64,000 bases of DNA from a candidate division WOR-3 bacterium (GTDB taxonomy: Bacteria; Hydrothermota; Tepidihabitantia; Tepidihabitantales; Tepidihabitantaceae). Below are positions 50,043 to 59,815 of the stretch, in pieces. The DNA lies in contig CBFGKH010000006.1 of NCBI GenBank assembly GCA_965649295.1, positions 96,001 through 160,000 of the forward strand, given 5' to 3'. The notes beneath the pieces were generated by a model. The model worked only from the letters and a program-made list of their open reading frames with translations. It made no database searches and was not told the origin of the DNA. The translations under genes were made by a program, and so were the position numbers. Positions within the stretch are counted from its first letter, which is position 1. Every line of letters begins with the position of its first letter.

Positions 50043-50993
50043 CTAGCTCTCGACGAGTGCGCCCAAGGGCCGCAGAATGCCGAGCCGCGTCAGTAGCAGG
50101 ATAAGCAGGGTGTAGCCGGTGGCTACGAGGAAGCTGAGCAGCAGCCGCTGCGGGCGGGTCTCGCGGCCACGGGCAATGGCGGTCGTGGTCGCCTGGGCCA
50201 GCAACAGGATGCCAACGAGATTGGTCAGCCAGTACCCCACCACCATTGCCGGCAGGAAAAGCCGACGGCTGACGAGACTGACAAGGCTGGCAAAGAACCA
50301 GGCCAGTGGCAGGTTGACAACAGCGTCGTTCCACCACGATAGCGGCGAGAGGAGCCATCCGACTGTCGCGAGGATGCCACGGCGGGTACGCGGCCCGAGG
50401 TAGCGTCCCACCCGCTGACGATAGGCAGCAAATTCCGGGCCGAACTGCTCGGCAAGAAACCGCTCTTCGCGCAAGGTCTGGGCGTGAAAGGCGCCGGTCC
50501 CGATGATGGCAGCGCCAAGCAGCCAGAACGTCGGGTGGATAAGAGACGCGGCCCAGAACCAGAGGATGAAGAAGAGGTATATCGGATTGCGGCTGAAGCC
50601 ATAGATACCGGTCGTGACCAGTCGCGCTGGTCTGGCCAGACCGATTCGCCAGTTCTCGCCCAGGCTGATTGCGGCAATGACGTTGAGTCCGGCAGCAGCG
50701 ATGGTCAGCCCAAGTCCGATTGCCGCGAGCGCGTGGGAACGAAATAGCCGCGGCCCTAGCCAGCCCGGCGAGCCGGACGCAAAGGGTATCGCGTGCAGGG
50801 CAAGGAGCGTACACCAGCCCAGTACAAAGAGAAAAAGCACGAGCGTGGCGAGCCGTTGTCCTGGCTGAGCTGACTCGAAGTGCCCTTGCCGGCGACGGCG
50901 AACCAGTCGGCCAACAGTCAGGCCGAAAAAGAGGGCCAGGGCTGCAAGTTCGATGACGCGACCGGCAAGACCAACGGCATCAGCGTGAGTCAT
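50043..50993 (-). CDS. Isoprenylcysteine carboxyl methyltransferase family protein with extra C-terminal membrane domain
   Basis: LVTTGIYGFSRNPIY, EERFL..QFG.EF.AY; followed by GWLLSPLSWWND and further TMs. Confidence 0.85.
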   Translation of the reverse strand: MTHADAVGLAGRVIELAALALFFGLTVGRLVRRRRQGHFESAQPGQRLATLVLFLFVLGWCTLLALHAIPFASGSPGWLGPRLFRSHALAAIGLGLTIAAAGLNVIAAISLGENWRIGLARPARLVTTGIYGFSRNPIYLFFILWFWAASLIHPTFWLLGAAIIGTGAFHAQTLREERFLAEQFGPEFAAYRQRVGRYLGPRTRRGILATVGWLLSPLSWWNDAVVNLPLAWFFASLVSLVSRRLFLPAMVVGYWLTNLVGILLLAQATTTAIARGRETRPQRLLLSFLVATGYTLLILLLTRLGILRPLGALVES

Positions 50994-51206
50994 CTACCGG
51001 TGCGGCAGGGTCGGCAAGGTATTGGTGCAGTTGGCTAAACCCGGCCCGGTTGCGCAGTATGACCAAAGCAATTAGCCCGAGCAGCACCACTGTCACGAGC
51101 ACGACAAACCAGGTATAGCCGTGACGGTGGCGCGGCCGGCTTGGGAGCTTGTTCAGGGCGGCAAGAATCTGCTGCGCCCGCCGGTCGTCTTCGGTTGGTG
51201 GCTCTT

Positions 51207-51569
51207 TCAGGGCAACACCTCTTCGTCTGCCGGTTGCCAGGCCGGGTCAACGATACAGGCAAACTCAAGGTCGTTGGCGCCGGTGTTTTCAATCCACTGG
51301 ACTGCAGCCGGCGGTATGTAGATTGCGACGCCGGCGCTGACTTGGGCCTGTTCGTCACCGATGTGCATGATGCCGATGCCGCGGATGATGTAATAGACTT
51401 CGCTCGTCTTAAGCCGGTGGGGCCGTGAGCAGGACCCGGGTCGCAGCCGGGCAACTGCCAGTGAGTAGCGAATCGCTGCCTGGTCTCGCGCCGGGTGGAG
51501 AAGCTCGCGGAGGAGTGTCCCGTCGCCGGCGACTATCTCGCGGCAGTCGGCCAGTCGTTTGCAGAGCAT
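51207..51569 (-). CDS. Cupin domain protein
   Basis: HRLKTSEVYYII.G.G, IPP. Confidence 0.88.
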   Translation of the reverse strand: MLCKRLADCREIVAGDGTLLRELLHPARDQAAIRYSLAVARLRPGSCSRPHRLKTSEVYYIIRGIGIMHIGDEQAQVSAGVAIYIPPAAVQWIENTGANDLEFACIVDPAWQPADEEVLP

Positions 51570-51593
51570 CTGGCCGTGGGGCCCCCGGTCAAC

Positions 51594-53117
51594 CTATTGC
51601 AGCGGGCCGACTGCCTGTTCAACAGCGGCGAGCAGTTCGCCTTGCCGCACCGCCGCAGTGAGACGGTTGATGTCCTCTTGCACCGGTCGGTCCTCAACCA
51701 TCATCGCCACATGCTTGCGGATGACATCGTAGGCAACCTGCGTGCCACGGCCCAACCGCAGCGGCTTGCGGAACTCGACTGCCTGGGCGCCGGCCATCAG
51801 CTCGATGGCGACGACATACCAGGCGTTGTTCTGAATCTGGGCCGTCTTCAGGGCGCTAGTGAAGGCCATCGAGACAAAGTCTTCCTGGTCGGCGGCGGCC
51901 GGTATCGAACCGGTGGCGGCGGGCGCGGCAAGAATCCGGTTCTCGCAGCAGAGCATACCTTGGGTGTACTGGGTGAGCATCAGGCCGGAGAACATACCCG
52001 CGCCCTTGGTGAGGAACGCAGGCAGGCCGCAGGAGAGGTTGCGGTTGAGCAGCCGGTTGGTCCGGCGCTCGCTGAGCACGCCAATCATCGTGATGCATGA
52101 GCCGACGAGGTCGAGCGGCAGCGCAAGCGGCGTGCCCTGGAAATTGGCGCCGGTCAGGTAGGCCTTCTCGTCCGGGAAGAAGAGCGGGTTGTCGCCGACG
52201 CCGTTCAGTTCGGTCTCAAACATCTGCCGCGCCCAGCTCAGGGCATCCTTGGCACTGCCGACCACCTGCGGGGTTGAGCGGAGCGAGTAGGCGTCCTGCA
52301 CCTTCTTGCCCGGCTGCTTGAGCAGCTCGGAGTCGGCGGTCAGCTTGCGGATGTTGGCAGCGCAGTTTATTGCGCCGGGATAGCCGCGCACCCGGTGAAT
52401 CCGCTCGTCATAGGCAGCCATGTTCGCATTGAGAACCTCAAGGGTCAGGGCCGCGGCGATCTCCGAGACTTTGAAGTAGTGGTCGGCATCACAAAGCTGC
52501 AGCGCGCCCCAGCCGGCCGTCATGTTCGAGCCGTTGATGCAGGCCAGGCCGTCGCGGGCCTCAAACTGTATCGGCTTGATACCGGCCGCTTTGAGTGCCT
52601 CGGCGCCGCCCAGCCGCCGGCCCTGATAGTAGGCCTCGCCTTCGCCGAGCAGAACCAGCGCCATCTGGCTCATCGGTGAGAGGTCGCCGCACGCGCCGAC
52701 CGAACCCTTGTCATAGACGACCGGCGTCACGCCCTTGTTGAGCATCTCGACCATTGTCTCGACAACCTTCAGCCGAATGCCGGAGTGGCCAATTGCCAGT
52801 ACGTTGATGCGCGAGCACATGCCGGCCCGCACCACCTCTTCGGGCAGCGGCACGCCGCAACCGGCCGAGTGCGAATAGACGATGTAGCGCTGGAACTTCT
52901 CGGTCTGCTCCGGGGTGAGGATTGTCTCCGACAGCTCGCCGATGCCGGTGGTGATACCGTACATCACTGCCCGCGCCTTCACCTTCTCCTCGATGAAGCC
53001 CCGACAGTGGTTGATCCGTTCCTTGGCTTCGGGCGCGAGCTCAACCGGCTCGCGCTGCCGCGCCACCCGCACAACATCCTCAAGCTTCAGGCTCTTGCCA
53101 TTGAGAATAACTGCCAC
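51594..53117 (-). CDS. hutH: Histidine ammonia-lyase family (MIO) enzyme
   Basis: YGITTGIG, GSVGACGDL, VQDAYSLR, QEDFVSM; GGAGG RBS before the GTG. Confidence 0.85.
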   Translation of the reverse strand: MAVILNGKSLKLEDVVRVARQREPVELAPEAKERINHCRGFIEEKVKARAVMYGITTGIGELSETILTPEQTEKFQRYIVYSHSAGCGVPLPEEVVRAGMCSRINVLAIGHSGIRLKVVETMVEMLNKGVTPVVYDKGSVGACGDLSPMSQMALVLLGEGEAYYQGRRLGGAEALKAAGIKPIQFEARDGLACINGSNMTAGWGALQLCDADHYFKVSEIAAALTLEVLNANMAAYDERIHRVRGYPGAINCAANIRKLTADSELLKQPGKKVQDAYSLRSTPQVVGSAKDALSWARQMFETELNGVGDNPLFFPDEKAYLTGANFQGTPLALPLDLVGSCITMIGVLSERRTNRLLNRNLSCGLPAFLTKGAGMFSGLMLTQYTQGMLCCENRILAAPAATGSIPAAADQEDFVSMAFTSALKTAQIQNNAWYVVAIELMAGAQAVEFRKPLRLGRGTQVAYDVIRKHVAMMVEDRPVQEDINRLTAAVRQGELLAAVEQAVGPLQ

Positions 53118-53160
53118 GTTATTGCCTCCGTATGAGTCGGCGCTGCCACGGCGCCGGGTC

Positions 53161-53925
53161 TTATTCGTTCGGACTCGGGCGCCGGTCTTCGGGCCGACGC
53201 CGGGGCGGAACCGAGCGCCGGACCGGCGGCCGGGTTCGCTTCTCCATGTCCGCCACATGGCTGCCCGGCCAGAATACCTTGCGGCATTTCGGACAGCGGC
53301 GGAACTCGTAGTGAATCTGATAGACAAAGAACGGCACCTGGGGCCGCGCCTGCTCGCGGGTGATCTTCTCCAGCGGCGTGTTGCACTCCAGACAGCGGCC
53401 AAACTCGGCCGTCGGCTGGATTGGCTCCTCGCGCCGGGGTCGGACCTCGCGGCGGTGCTCATATCGCCGCTGGTCGCTACGACGGTGCCCGGCTGACTCC
53501 GGTTGGGCCGGCAGGGGCAGGGCAGCCAGCGGTGCTACTGACGGCAGGGACGGAGCCGGAACGGCGGACGGCTGTTCCTTGACCGGCACCGGCGGCTTGA
53601 GACCACTAGCCAGCGCTGCCTTGACCTCGGCAACCTGCTCTGCCGCTGCCGTGGAGTTGATGAACACAACCCCTGCCAGCTCGCGCAGCCGATTGGCCCG
53701 GGTCAGAAGAATCCGGCCCTGCTGCCGGGCTACCCGATAGGCAGCCATACCGGCAAGGTTGCGCTCGTAGGCTACATCCATCCCCAAAAGCCGCAGCTCG
53801 CGCGCCAGCTTGCCCAGCATCACATCACACAGAAACCCAACCACGGCCGGGTCTTTGGGTGGCGGTACGCGGCGCGAACGGCGGCGGCTGGGCGACCGCT
53901 CCGCGGCCGGAACGTTCTCTGTCAC
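53161..53925 (-). CDS. Mut7-C RNase (PIN-like) domain protein
   Basis: FLCDVMLGKLARELRLLG.D, RILLTR, RCLECN...CPKC.KVFWPGSH. Confidence 0.88.
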   Translation of the reverse strand: MTENVPAAERSPSRRRSRRVPPPKDPAVVGFLCDVMLGKLARELRLLGMDVAYERNLAGMAAYRVARQQGRILLTRANRLRELAGVVFINSTAAAEQVAEVKAALASGLKPPVPVKEQPSAVPAPSLPSVAPLAALPLPAQPESAGHRRSDQRRYEHRREVRPRREEPIQPTAEFGRCLECNTPLEKITREQARPQVPFFVYQIHYEFRRCPKCRKVFWPGSHVADMEKRTRPPVRRSVPPRRRPEDRRPSPNE

Positions 53926-54071
53926 TGACCGATACTGTAGCACAAACCAGTCCGAAATCAAGCGGCGTGGCCGCAACCGGAAAAACCGGCAAGCGACCAG
54001 ACCGATTCCTGCCGCAACTGGCCGGCGCGCTGGGCCGGTTCGCTCACCGCCTCGATTGCTTGACCTCTGCC

Positions 54072-54188
54072 GGTTGCGACGCTAGATTATGGCCAAAGAC
54101 CGTTCCGAGTGACCATGAAAGAGTTGCTCTCCTGGGCTTCTGCCCAGGAGGGTTGCGACGCTAGATTATGGCCAAAGACCGTTCCGAG
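54072..54188 (+). repeat. Perfect 38-bp direct repeat separated by a 41-bp hairpin-containing spacer
   Basis: GGTTGCGACGCTAGATTATGGCCAAAGACCGTTCCGAG at 54072-54109 and 54151-54188. Confidence 0.95.
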
Positions 54189-54195
54189 AGGCACT

Positions 54196-54681
54196 GTGAA
54201 TACCAAAGAGCGTCTGGTCCGACTTGCCGCGATTGCGGTGCTGACCGCCATCTTCCTCGGTGCCTGTGCGCCGGGCAATGCCCGCTGGTCAACCGAAACC
54301 GGCCGCCCGGCCAACTTCTGGGCCGGTCTCTGGCACGGCCTGATAGTCGTTGTCACCTTCATCGTCAGCCTCTTCACCAAGGAAGTGAAGATCTACGAGA
54401 CGAACAATGTCGGCTGGGCCTACAACCTCGGTTTTCTCCTCGGCGCAATGGTCTCCTTGGGCGGCGGTGCCCGCTCGGCCTGCCACCGGCGACGGCGCGA
54501 ACCGGACTGGGAGCGCATTGGCGAAAAGATCGCCGGCGCGGTTCGGGCTCAGGTCCTGCGCGACGAGTTCAAGCCCAAGGCCAGTCCTGACCAGCGCTCC
54601 GGCGCTGACGACTGGGACGAGTTCAGCCGCCGCATTGAGGACTGCATCCGCACCGAGTTCAAAAAGAAGTGGGATGACTAG
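54196..54681 (+). CDS. Membrane lipoprotein-like hypothetical protein
   Basis: Lipobox LGAC; NFWAGLWHG...IYE.NN.GW.YN.GF motif. Confidence 0.75.
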   Translation: MNTKERLVRLAAIAVLTAIFLGACAPGNARWSTETGRPANFWAGLWHGLIVVVTFIVSLFTKEVKIYETNNVGWAYNLGFLLGAMVSLGGGARSACHRRRREPDWERIGEKIAGAVRAQVLRDEFKPKASPDQRSGADDWDEFSRRIEDCIRTEFKKKWDD

Positions 54682-54682
54682 C

Positions 54683-55924
54683 ATGGCTGGCAGCAAGTTT
54701 CGCCGTCGGCGGTCATTCTGCTCCCCGTGGTCAGCCCTCTGGACTATCGCCGCTGCTTTCGGCCTGCTGTTCGCCCCGGCTCGCGCTGCCCGCTTTCTTG
54801 GCGAGCAGTCCTACACCCTGCCCGCCAATGAGACCCGCATCGGCGACTTCTACTTTGGCGGCACGATGCTCCGCATCGAGGGCCGCCTTGACGGCTCCTG
54901 TCTAGCCGCTGCCCAGTCTATCACCATCGCTGGCCCGGTCTCCCGCAACCTCTTCCTCGCTGCCCAGACAGTTGACGTCTCCGGTGCTGCCGGCGGCGAT
55001 GTTGCCTGTCTGGCAGCGACAGTCAACTTCACTGGCCGCACTCCCGCTGCCTTGCGCGTCGGCGCCGGTTCGGTCTATGTTGACGGCGCTGTTGGCCAGG
55101 ACCTGCTGGCGGGTTGCGGCAATCTGACAATCGCCAAAAACTCCGAAATCAAGGGCGACCTTTTGGCAGGCTGTCGGTCACTGGAGATCGCCGGCACAAT
55201 CCGCGGCGACGTCCGCGCCGTGGCCAGAGAGATCACCATCGCCGGCACAATTGACGGCGACGTCGAGGTGACGGTCGCTGACCGGCTGACTCTGGGGCCA
55301 GACGCCCGGGTTTACGGCAACCTGCGCTACCGTTCGAGCAAGAAGCTCGACCTCGGCAACCCCGACCTCGTGTTCGGCAATATCGAACACATCCGGCTCG
55401 AATCGCCCCGTGACGTCGATGACATCCGCAGCCTGCGGCCGCGGCCGAGCATGTTTGTCACCTTCCTGCTGCCGCTCACCCTCTTCTCAATTCTCGGCGC
55501 CTTGGTCGTTGGCTTTCTGCTCATCGCCATCTGGCAGCACGTCATCGCCCAAGCGCTCGAACGCTCAATAAACCACTGGGTGCGCACGTTCGGCTTTGGC
55601 CTCATCGGCTTTCTGATTGGGCCAATGAGCATCATTATCGGCCTTGCCCTGATTATCACCATTCCGGCCGCACTGATTGCCGGTGTCGCCTATCTTGTCT
55701 TTCTCTATGTCGGCAAGGTACTGGCCGGCATGTTCCTCGGCAAGCTCCTCTTTCGCATCTTTGGCGCACCCGATGTCTCGCTCTGGGCCGCCGCGCCGCT
55801 GGGCATCGTGATTGTCTGGGCCCTCTGCGCCATCCCTTACGTCGGCATGGTCATCTGGCTCGCAGCCATCGCCTTGGGCTTCGGTGTCATCGCCGAACTT
55901 ATCGGCATGTCCCGCCAGCCCTGA
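54683..55924 (+). CDS. Bactofilin-like beta-helix repeat membrane protein
   Basis: Repeated I.G.I.GD(V/L) units followed by about five TM helices. Confidence 0.8.
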   Translation: MAGSKFRRRRSFCSPWSALWTIAAAFGLLFAPARAARFLGEQSYTLPANETRIGDFYFGGTMLRIEGRLDGSCLAAAQSITIAGPVSRNLFLAAQTVDVSGAAGGDVACLAATVNFTGRTPAALRVGAGSVYVDGAVGQDLLAGCGNLTIAKNSEIKGDLLAGCRSLEIAGTIRGDVRAVAREITIAGTIDGDVEVTVADRLTLGPDARVYGNLRYRSSKKLDLGNPDLVFGNIEHIRLESPRDVDDIRSLRPRPSMFVTFLLPLTLFSILGALVVGFLLIAIWQHVIAQALERSINHWVRTFGFGLIGFLIGPMSIIIGLALIITIPAALIAGVAYLVFLYVGKVLAGMFLGKLLFRIFGAPDVSLWAAAPLGIVIVWALCAIPYVGMVIWLAAIALGFGVIAELIGMSRQP

Positions 55925-56053
55925 GTCCAAGATTTCTCTTGCGTTAGCAGCTCCACTCTCCTTGCCCGCACCCTCCTGTCGTCCCAAGATGGTGGTTGCT
56001 GCGGTGGTGGTGGCGACGGCGATGGTTCCCACTCTCCTTGACCGTACGTTCCT

Positions 56054-56089
56054 GTCATTCCGAGACCGCGCAGCGGTCGAGGAATCGCC
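56054..56089 (+). repeat. REP-like palindrome
   Basis: GTCATTCCGAGACCGC-GCA-GCGGTCGAGGAATC. Confidence 0.6.
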
Positions 56090-56370
56090 GGTCCTAGCCT
56101 GAGCAAAGCCAGGCCACGAGACTAGCCGGTATCGGCTGAAGCCTATCCTGCCAGCCTGTTGCGAAGAAATCGGCCAGGACTCTCGATGGCAGCCTCTCTA
56201 GGACAGCTACCGGGAGCTGCGCTGGCCTCTCTGCTAGGCCTCGCGCAAACTCAGCCCGAAGCTCTGCCGCCGGCATTCCCGGAAACCGGTCTAGTGGCAC
56301 CATCGTCAGCAGCAGCGGCAACTGGACCAAGAAGCGAGACACTGACCGCCTCGCTGAGGTGCTCGACAGG

Positions 56371-56447
56371 AGCTGGGGAGACCATTCCGGGGACAGTAGA
56401 GTGGGAGTGGGTCGTATCGAGTCTAGCCGATTGACTGCTCAGAAGTT
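56371..56447 (-). repeat. Dispersed degenerate intergenic element, copy B
   Basis: Blocks AACTTCTG, CAATCGG.TAG, GACCC.CTCCC, ACTGTCCC.GG...TGGTC shared with 30616-30702. Confidence 0.55.
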
Positions 56448-56634
56448 AGGCCTCGCGACCGCCGGCAACAGCCGACACCACCGATTCTCTCTGCTCCGTT
56501 TGGCCATTCAGGCAGCATAACAATAATAGGGCCGCGCTCGGGCCACTACCCGCTCGCCGCCGAAATCCAGGCCAACCTCGCTATATCGCTCAGGCCCAGG
56601 CCGGTTCCGGCTCCCAGCCGATTGCCGGCACCGC

Positions 56635-57255
56635 CTAGCCCTTGGCCTGACCGAGCCGACCGAAGTAGGCTGCTTTCTCAATCGCCCGAGCGATGTCAAC
56701 CTGCTCAACATGAACACCGGGCCGAACCCGCAAGAACACCGGCGCAAAGTTGACGATCGCCCGGACCGAAACCGCTGTCAGGGCATCGGCCACTGCCTGA
56801 GCCCGCTCGGGCGGCACCGCAATCACCCCCAGCCCTGGCCCGAGCTCGACCGCCCGACTCGGCAACTGGGCTACATCCCAGCACGGGCAACCGGCAAAAG
56901 TTCGGCCAATCTTGGCTGGGTCAATGTCAAAGGCAGCGACAAAGTGAATCTGCGTTTGCGGCCCGCCGAAATGCTCAAGCAGGGCCCGGCCGATGTTGCC
57001 GACACCGACGAGCACTGCCGGCACGCCCGCCGGCGCATCGAGAATCCTGGCAAAATTGTCAAGCAGGTAGCTCGTCCGGTAGCCACTGCCCGGACTTCCC
57101 TTGATGCCGGCCACCATCAGGTCGCGCCGCACCTGGGCTGGCGACACTCGGGCCAGGGCCGCGAGCTGGTGCGAAAAAACATAGGCCGGCCGAAAATCAC
57201 CGAGCACCCGGCGATAGAGGATCAGCCGCTCAACTGTCCGGCTGGGAATAGTCAT
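56635..57255 (-). CDS. rex: Redox-sensing transcriptional repressor Rex
   Basis: TVERL..Y, SPAQVRRDL, G..G.GY, VGVGNIGRAL, VNFAP. Confidence 0.93.
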   Translation of the reverse strand: MTIPSRTVERLILYRRVLGDFRPAYVFSHQLAALARVSPAQVRRDLMVAGIKGSPGSGYRTSYLLDNFARILDAPAGVPAVLVGVGNIGRALLEHFGGPQTQIHFVAAFDIDPAKIGRTFAGCPCWDVAQLPSRAVELGPGLGVIAVPPERAQAVADALTAVSVRAIVNFAPVFLRVRPGVHVEQVDIARAIEKAAYFGRLGQAKG

Positions 57256-57368
57256 ATTGCTCACGCCGATTATAACCGCCTCCTGCCGGCGGCTGTCAAG
57301 TCGCGCCCGCACTCCTGCCCATTGACGAACTGGCCGCTGGGTGTATCTTAGAACCTTGCCCTACGGCC

Positions 57369-58697
57369 ATGAGCGAATCAGAAACTCACATCCAGGAAGA
57401 CATTGACAGCGGCCTGCCCAGCGCTGCTGTCCAGATGGTGCTCGACGACCTAAAGCAACTCTGGCTGTCCGGCAAATCACTCTTCGAGGTCCTTGACGTC
57501 GTCTATGAGACAATGCGGCACATCATCCCGTTCGACCGCCTCTCGGCCGCATTCTACAACGAGGAGACCGGTCTTGTTGTCTCCCGCTGGGTACGCAGCA
57601 GCCTGCCCGTCCAACACGTCGGCAAAGGCTACTGGGCCGAACTGAAAGGCTCGTCGCTTGAGCCGATTCTGCGCACCGGCCAGCCGCGCATCATCAATGA
57701 CCTCGAAAAGTACCTAATCGAGCATCCCGATTCCCGCGCCACTCAAGACATCCTCAAGGACGGCATTCGCTCCAACCTCACCTGTCCGCTTACTGCCGGC
57801 GGCCGGCCCATCGGCTTCCTCTTCTTTGCCTCGACGCGACCGGCAACCTACCGCCGCGAGCATATCGAGACATTCCAGGCCGTTGCCGAATCGCTCTCGC
57901 TGGCCGTGGAGAAGGTCAAATACATTGACGACCTTGAACAGGCCAAACGCAACTACGCCCAGCTCCTCTTCTTTGTCGCCCACGAACTTAAGTCCCCGCT
58001 CTCCGCCATCGTCACGCTCGGCGACACGCTGCTGGGCGGCTATCTCGGCCAGCTCACCCCGGCCCAAGCCGACAAGGTTCGCCGGATGGTCGCCAACTCC
58101 AACTACCTCATCAACCTTGTCCGCGACTACCTTGACCTGGCCCAGATTGAAGCCGGCGAGATGAGCTACCATCCACAGCCGGCCGTTGACCTGGTCGAGG
58201 ACGTCTTCCGACCCGTGCTCGACATCCAGGCGCCGTCGGCCCAACAGCGCCGGATGCGCATCGAGACCGACCTCGAATACCTCACTGCGCCCTGCGACCC
58301 CCAGCTTATCAAGGTCGTCGCCAACAACCTGCTCAGCAACGCCATCAAGTATGGTCGCGAGGGCGGCACCATCACCGTTCGGCTGGTGCGCCGGGCCTAC
58401 TCCGACTTCACCGCTGCCGGCCGCGTCGAACGGGCTTGGTGGGCGGTTTTCTCGGTACGCAACGATGGTGTCGGCTTCACCCCAGAACAGAAACAGCAAC
58501 TCTTTGCCCGGTTCCGCCGCCTCCACAACCCTGAGCACAAAGGCGTTGCCGGCTCCGGTCTCGGCCTCTATATCTCGCGCCAAATAATAGTCAAGCACGG
58601 CGGCGAGATTACCGCCGACTCCGAACCCGGCGAGTGGGCCGAGTTCCGCTTCCGCATCCCGCTCCGGCAGGAATCGCCGGCCAGCCCAATTACCTAG
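57369..58697 (+). CDS. GAF-domain sensor histidine kinase
   Basis: GAF region, AHELKSPL H-box, NLLSNAIKY, DGVG, GSGLGL. Confidence 0.93.
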   Translation: MSESETHIQEDIDSGLPSAAVQMVLDDLKQLWLSGKSLFEVLDVVYETMRHIIPFDRLSAAFYNEETGLVVSRWVRSSLPVQHVGKGYWAELKGSSLEPILRTGQPRIINDLEKYLIEHPDSRATQDILKDGIRSNLTCPLTAGGRPIGFLFFASTRPATYRREHIETFQAVAESLSLAVEKVKYIDDLEQAKRNYAQLLFFVAHELKSPLSAIVTLGDTLLGGYLGQLTPAQADKVRRMVANSNYLINLVRDYLDLAQIEAGEMSYHPQPAVDLVEDVFRPVLDIQAPSAQQRRMRIETDLEYLTAPCDPQLIKVVANNLLSNAIKYGREGGTITVRLVRRAYSDFTAAGRVERAWWAVFSVRNDGVGFTPEQKQQLFARFRRLHNPEHKGVAGSGLGLYISRQIIVKHGGEITADSEPGEWAEFRFRIPLRQESPASPIT

Positions 58698-58749
58698 TCA
58701 GTCGCGCCGCACTTGACTGCTGCCCGCTCCAACCGTAACCTGAAACACT

Positions 58750-59136
58750 ATGGCCAAGGCGAAGATTCTGGTTGTTGACGACGAGCCGCCGCTGCGCCTG
58801 CTCGTCCAGAAGATTCTTGAGCTCGACGGCTACGCCGTCAAGACGGCGGCCAGCGGCATGGACGCACTAAAGGAAGTCCGCCGTGAGCAGCCCGACCTGG
58901 TCATTCTCGACCTCTCCATGCCCGGCATTGACGGCTTCGCCACCTGCTCGATGCTCAAACGCGACTCCAACTTCCGCGCCCCGGTCATTGTTCTTTCGGC
59001 CCGCATCGGCGAGCGGGACATCCTCCAGGCCAAAGAGGCTGGCTGCGATGCCTTCATCCATAAGCCAGTCAAACGCGAAGAACTGCTCGCCAAGGTCGCC
59101 GAGCTCTTGGCCGCCAAACCGACCCCGGCCGAATAG
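58750..59136 (+). CDS. Single-domain response regulator
   Basis: VVDDE, LDLSMP, KP. Confidence 0.93.
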   Translation: MAKAKILVVDDEPPLRLLVQKILELDGYAVKTAASGMDALKEVRREQPDLVILDLSMPGIDGFATCSMLKRDSNFRAPVIVLSARIGERDILQAKEAGCDAFIHKPVKREELLAKVAELLAAKPTPAE

Positions 59137-59140
59137 CCGC

Positions 59141-59710
59141 CTAGGCCTGGTCTCGCAGTCGCTTTGCTAGTTCCCGGCCGTAGGCCAAGGCCTGTTCGCG
59201 AATGAGTCGGTTCTTACGCAGCGCCGGCAGATTCGGACAGTTGGCCACCACGTGCTGGCCTAAGTAATCCACCCCGACAAACCGGGCCGTGGCCGCGAAC
59301 ATGTGAACTGCCAGGTCAGCACCGTCAAAGTGGTCACCGCCGGCGGTCAGCACCAAGGCCCACTTACTACCGCGCAACAGCCCTTCACCGGTCATCAGGG
59401 CAAACGTGCGGTCGAGCACGGTCTTGGTCTGAGCAGTGACGTTCCAGCAGAAAATCGGGCTCGCCCAGATGACGAGGTCAGCGTCCACGAGCTTGTCGTA
59501 AAGCTCGACCATATCATCTTCCTGGGCACAGCCAGCCGCCTGCTTCGACTTGGTGCAAGTGAGACACTCAACACAACCGTTGATATTAAGCTCACAAATA
59601 CGGACCCGTTCGGCCCGTATCCCGCGACCCATGCCGGCAATCACCCAGTCCAGCACCGTGGCGGTGTTGCCCTGCCGCGGGCTGCCTTCGAGTACCAGTA
59701 CCTTCTTCAT
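59141..59710 (-). CDS. Iron-sulfur flavoprotein / flavodoxin family
   Basis: GSPRQGNT, C.EC.TC...C..EDDM, SPIF. Confidence 0.9.
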   Translation of the reverse strand: MKKVLVLEGSPRQGNTATVLDWVIAGMGRGIRAERVRICELNINGCVECLTCTKSKQAAGCAQEDDMVELYDKLVDADLVIWASPIFCWNVTAQTKTVLDRTFALMTGEGLLRGSKWALVLTAGGDHFDGADLAVHMFAATARFVGVDYLGQHVVANCPNLPALRKNRLIREQALAYGRELAKRLRDQA

Positions 59711-59815
59711 TTGGCTGCTCCTCTCGGTTCTGGTTCAATCATCCTGCCGCCTTGGGCCAAGTCAATCGCTGCCGGCGCGAATTGACTAGCCAGTCCGAAC
59801 CGCTATATCTCTTGC

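Noticed and set aside
54072..54188. CRISPR array
   Set aside because: Only two repeats, no cas genes, the repeat overlaps a promoter and the spacer is self-complementary
57256..57368. Rex operator upstream of rex
   Set aside because: No TTGTGAA-N4-TTCACAA-like palindrome visible in this intergenic region
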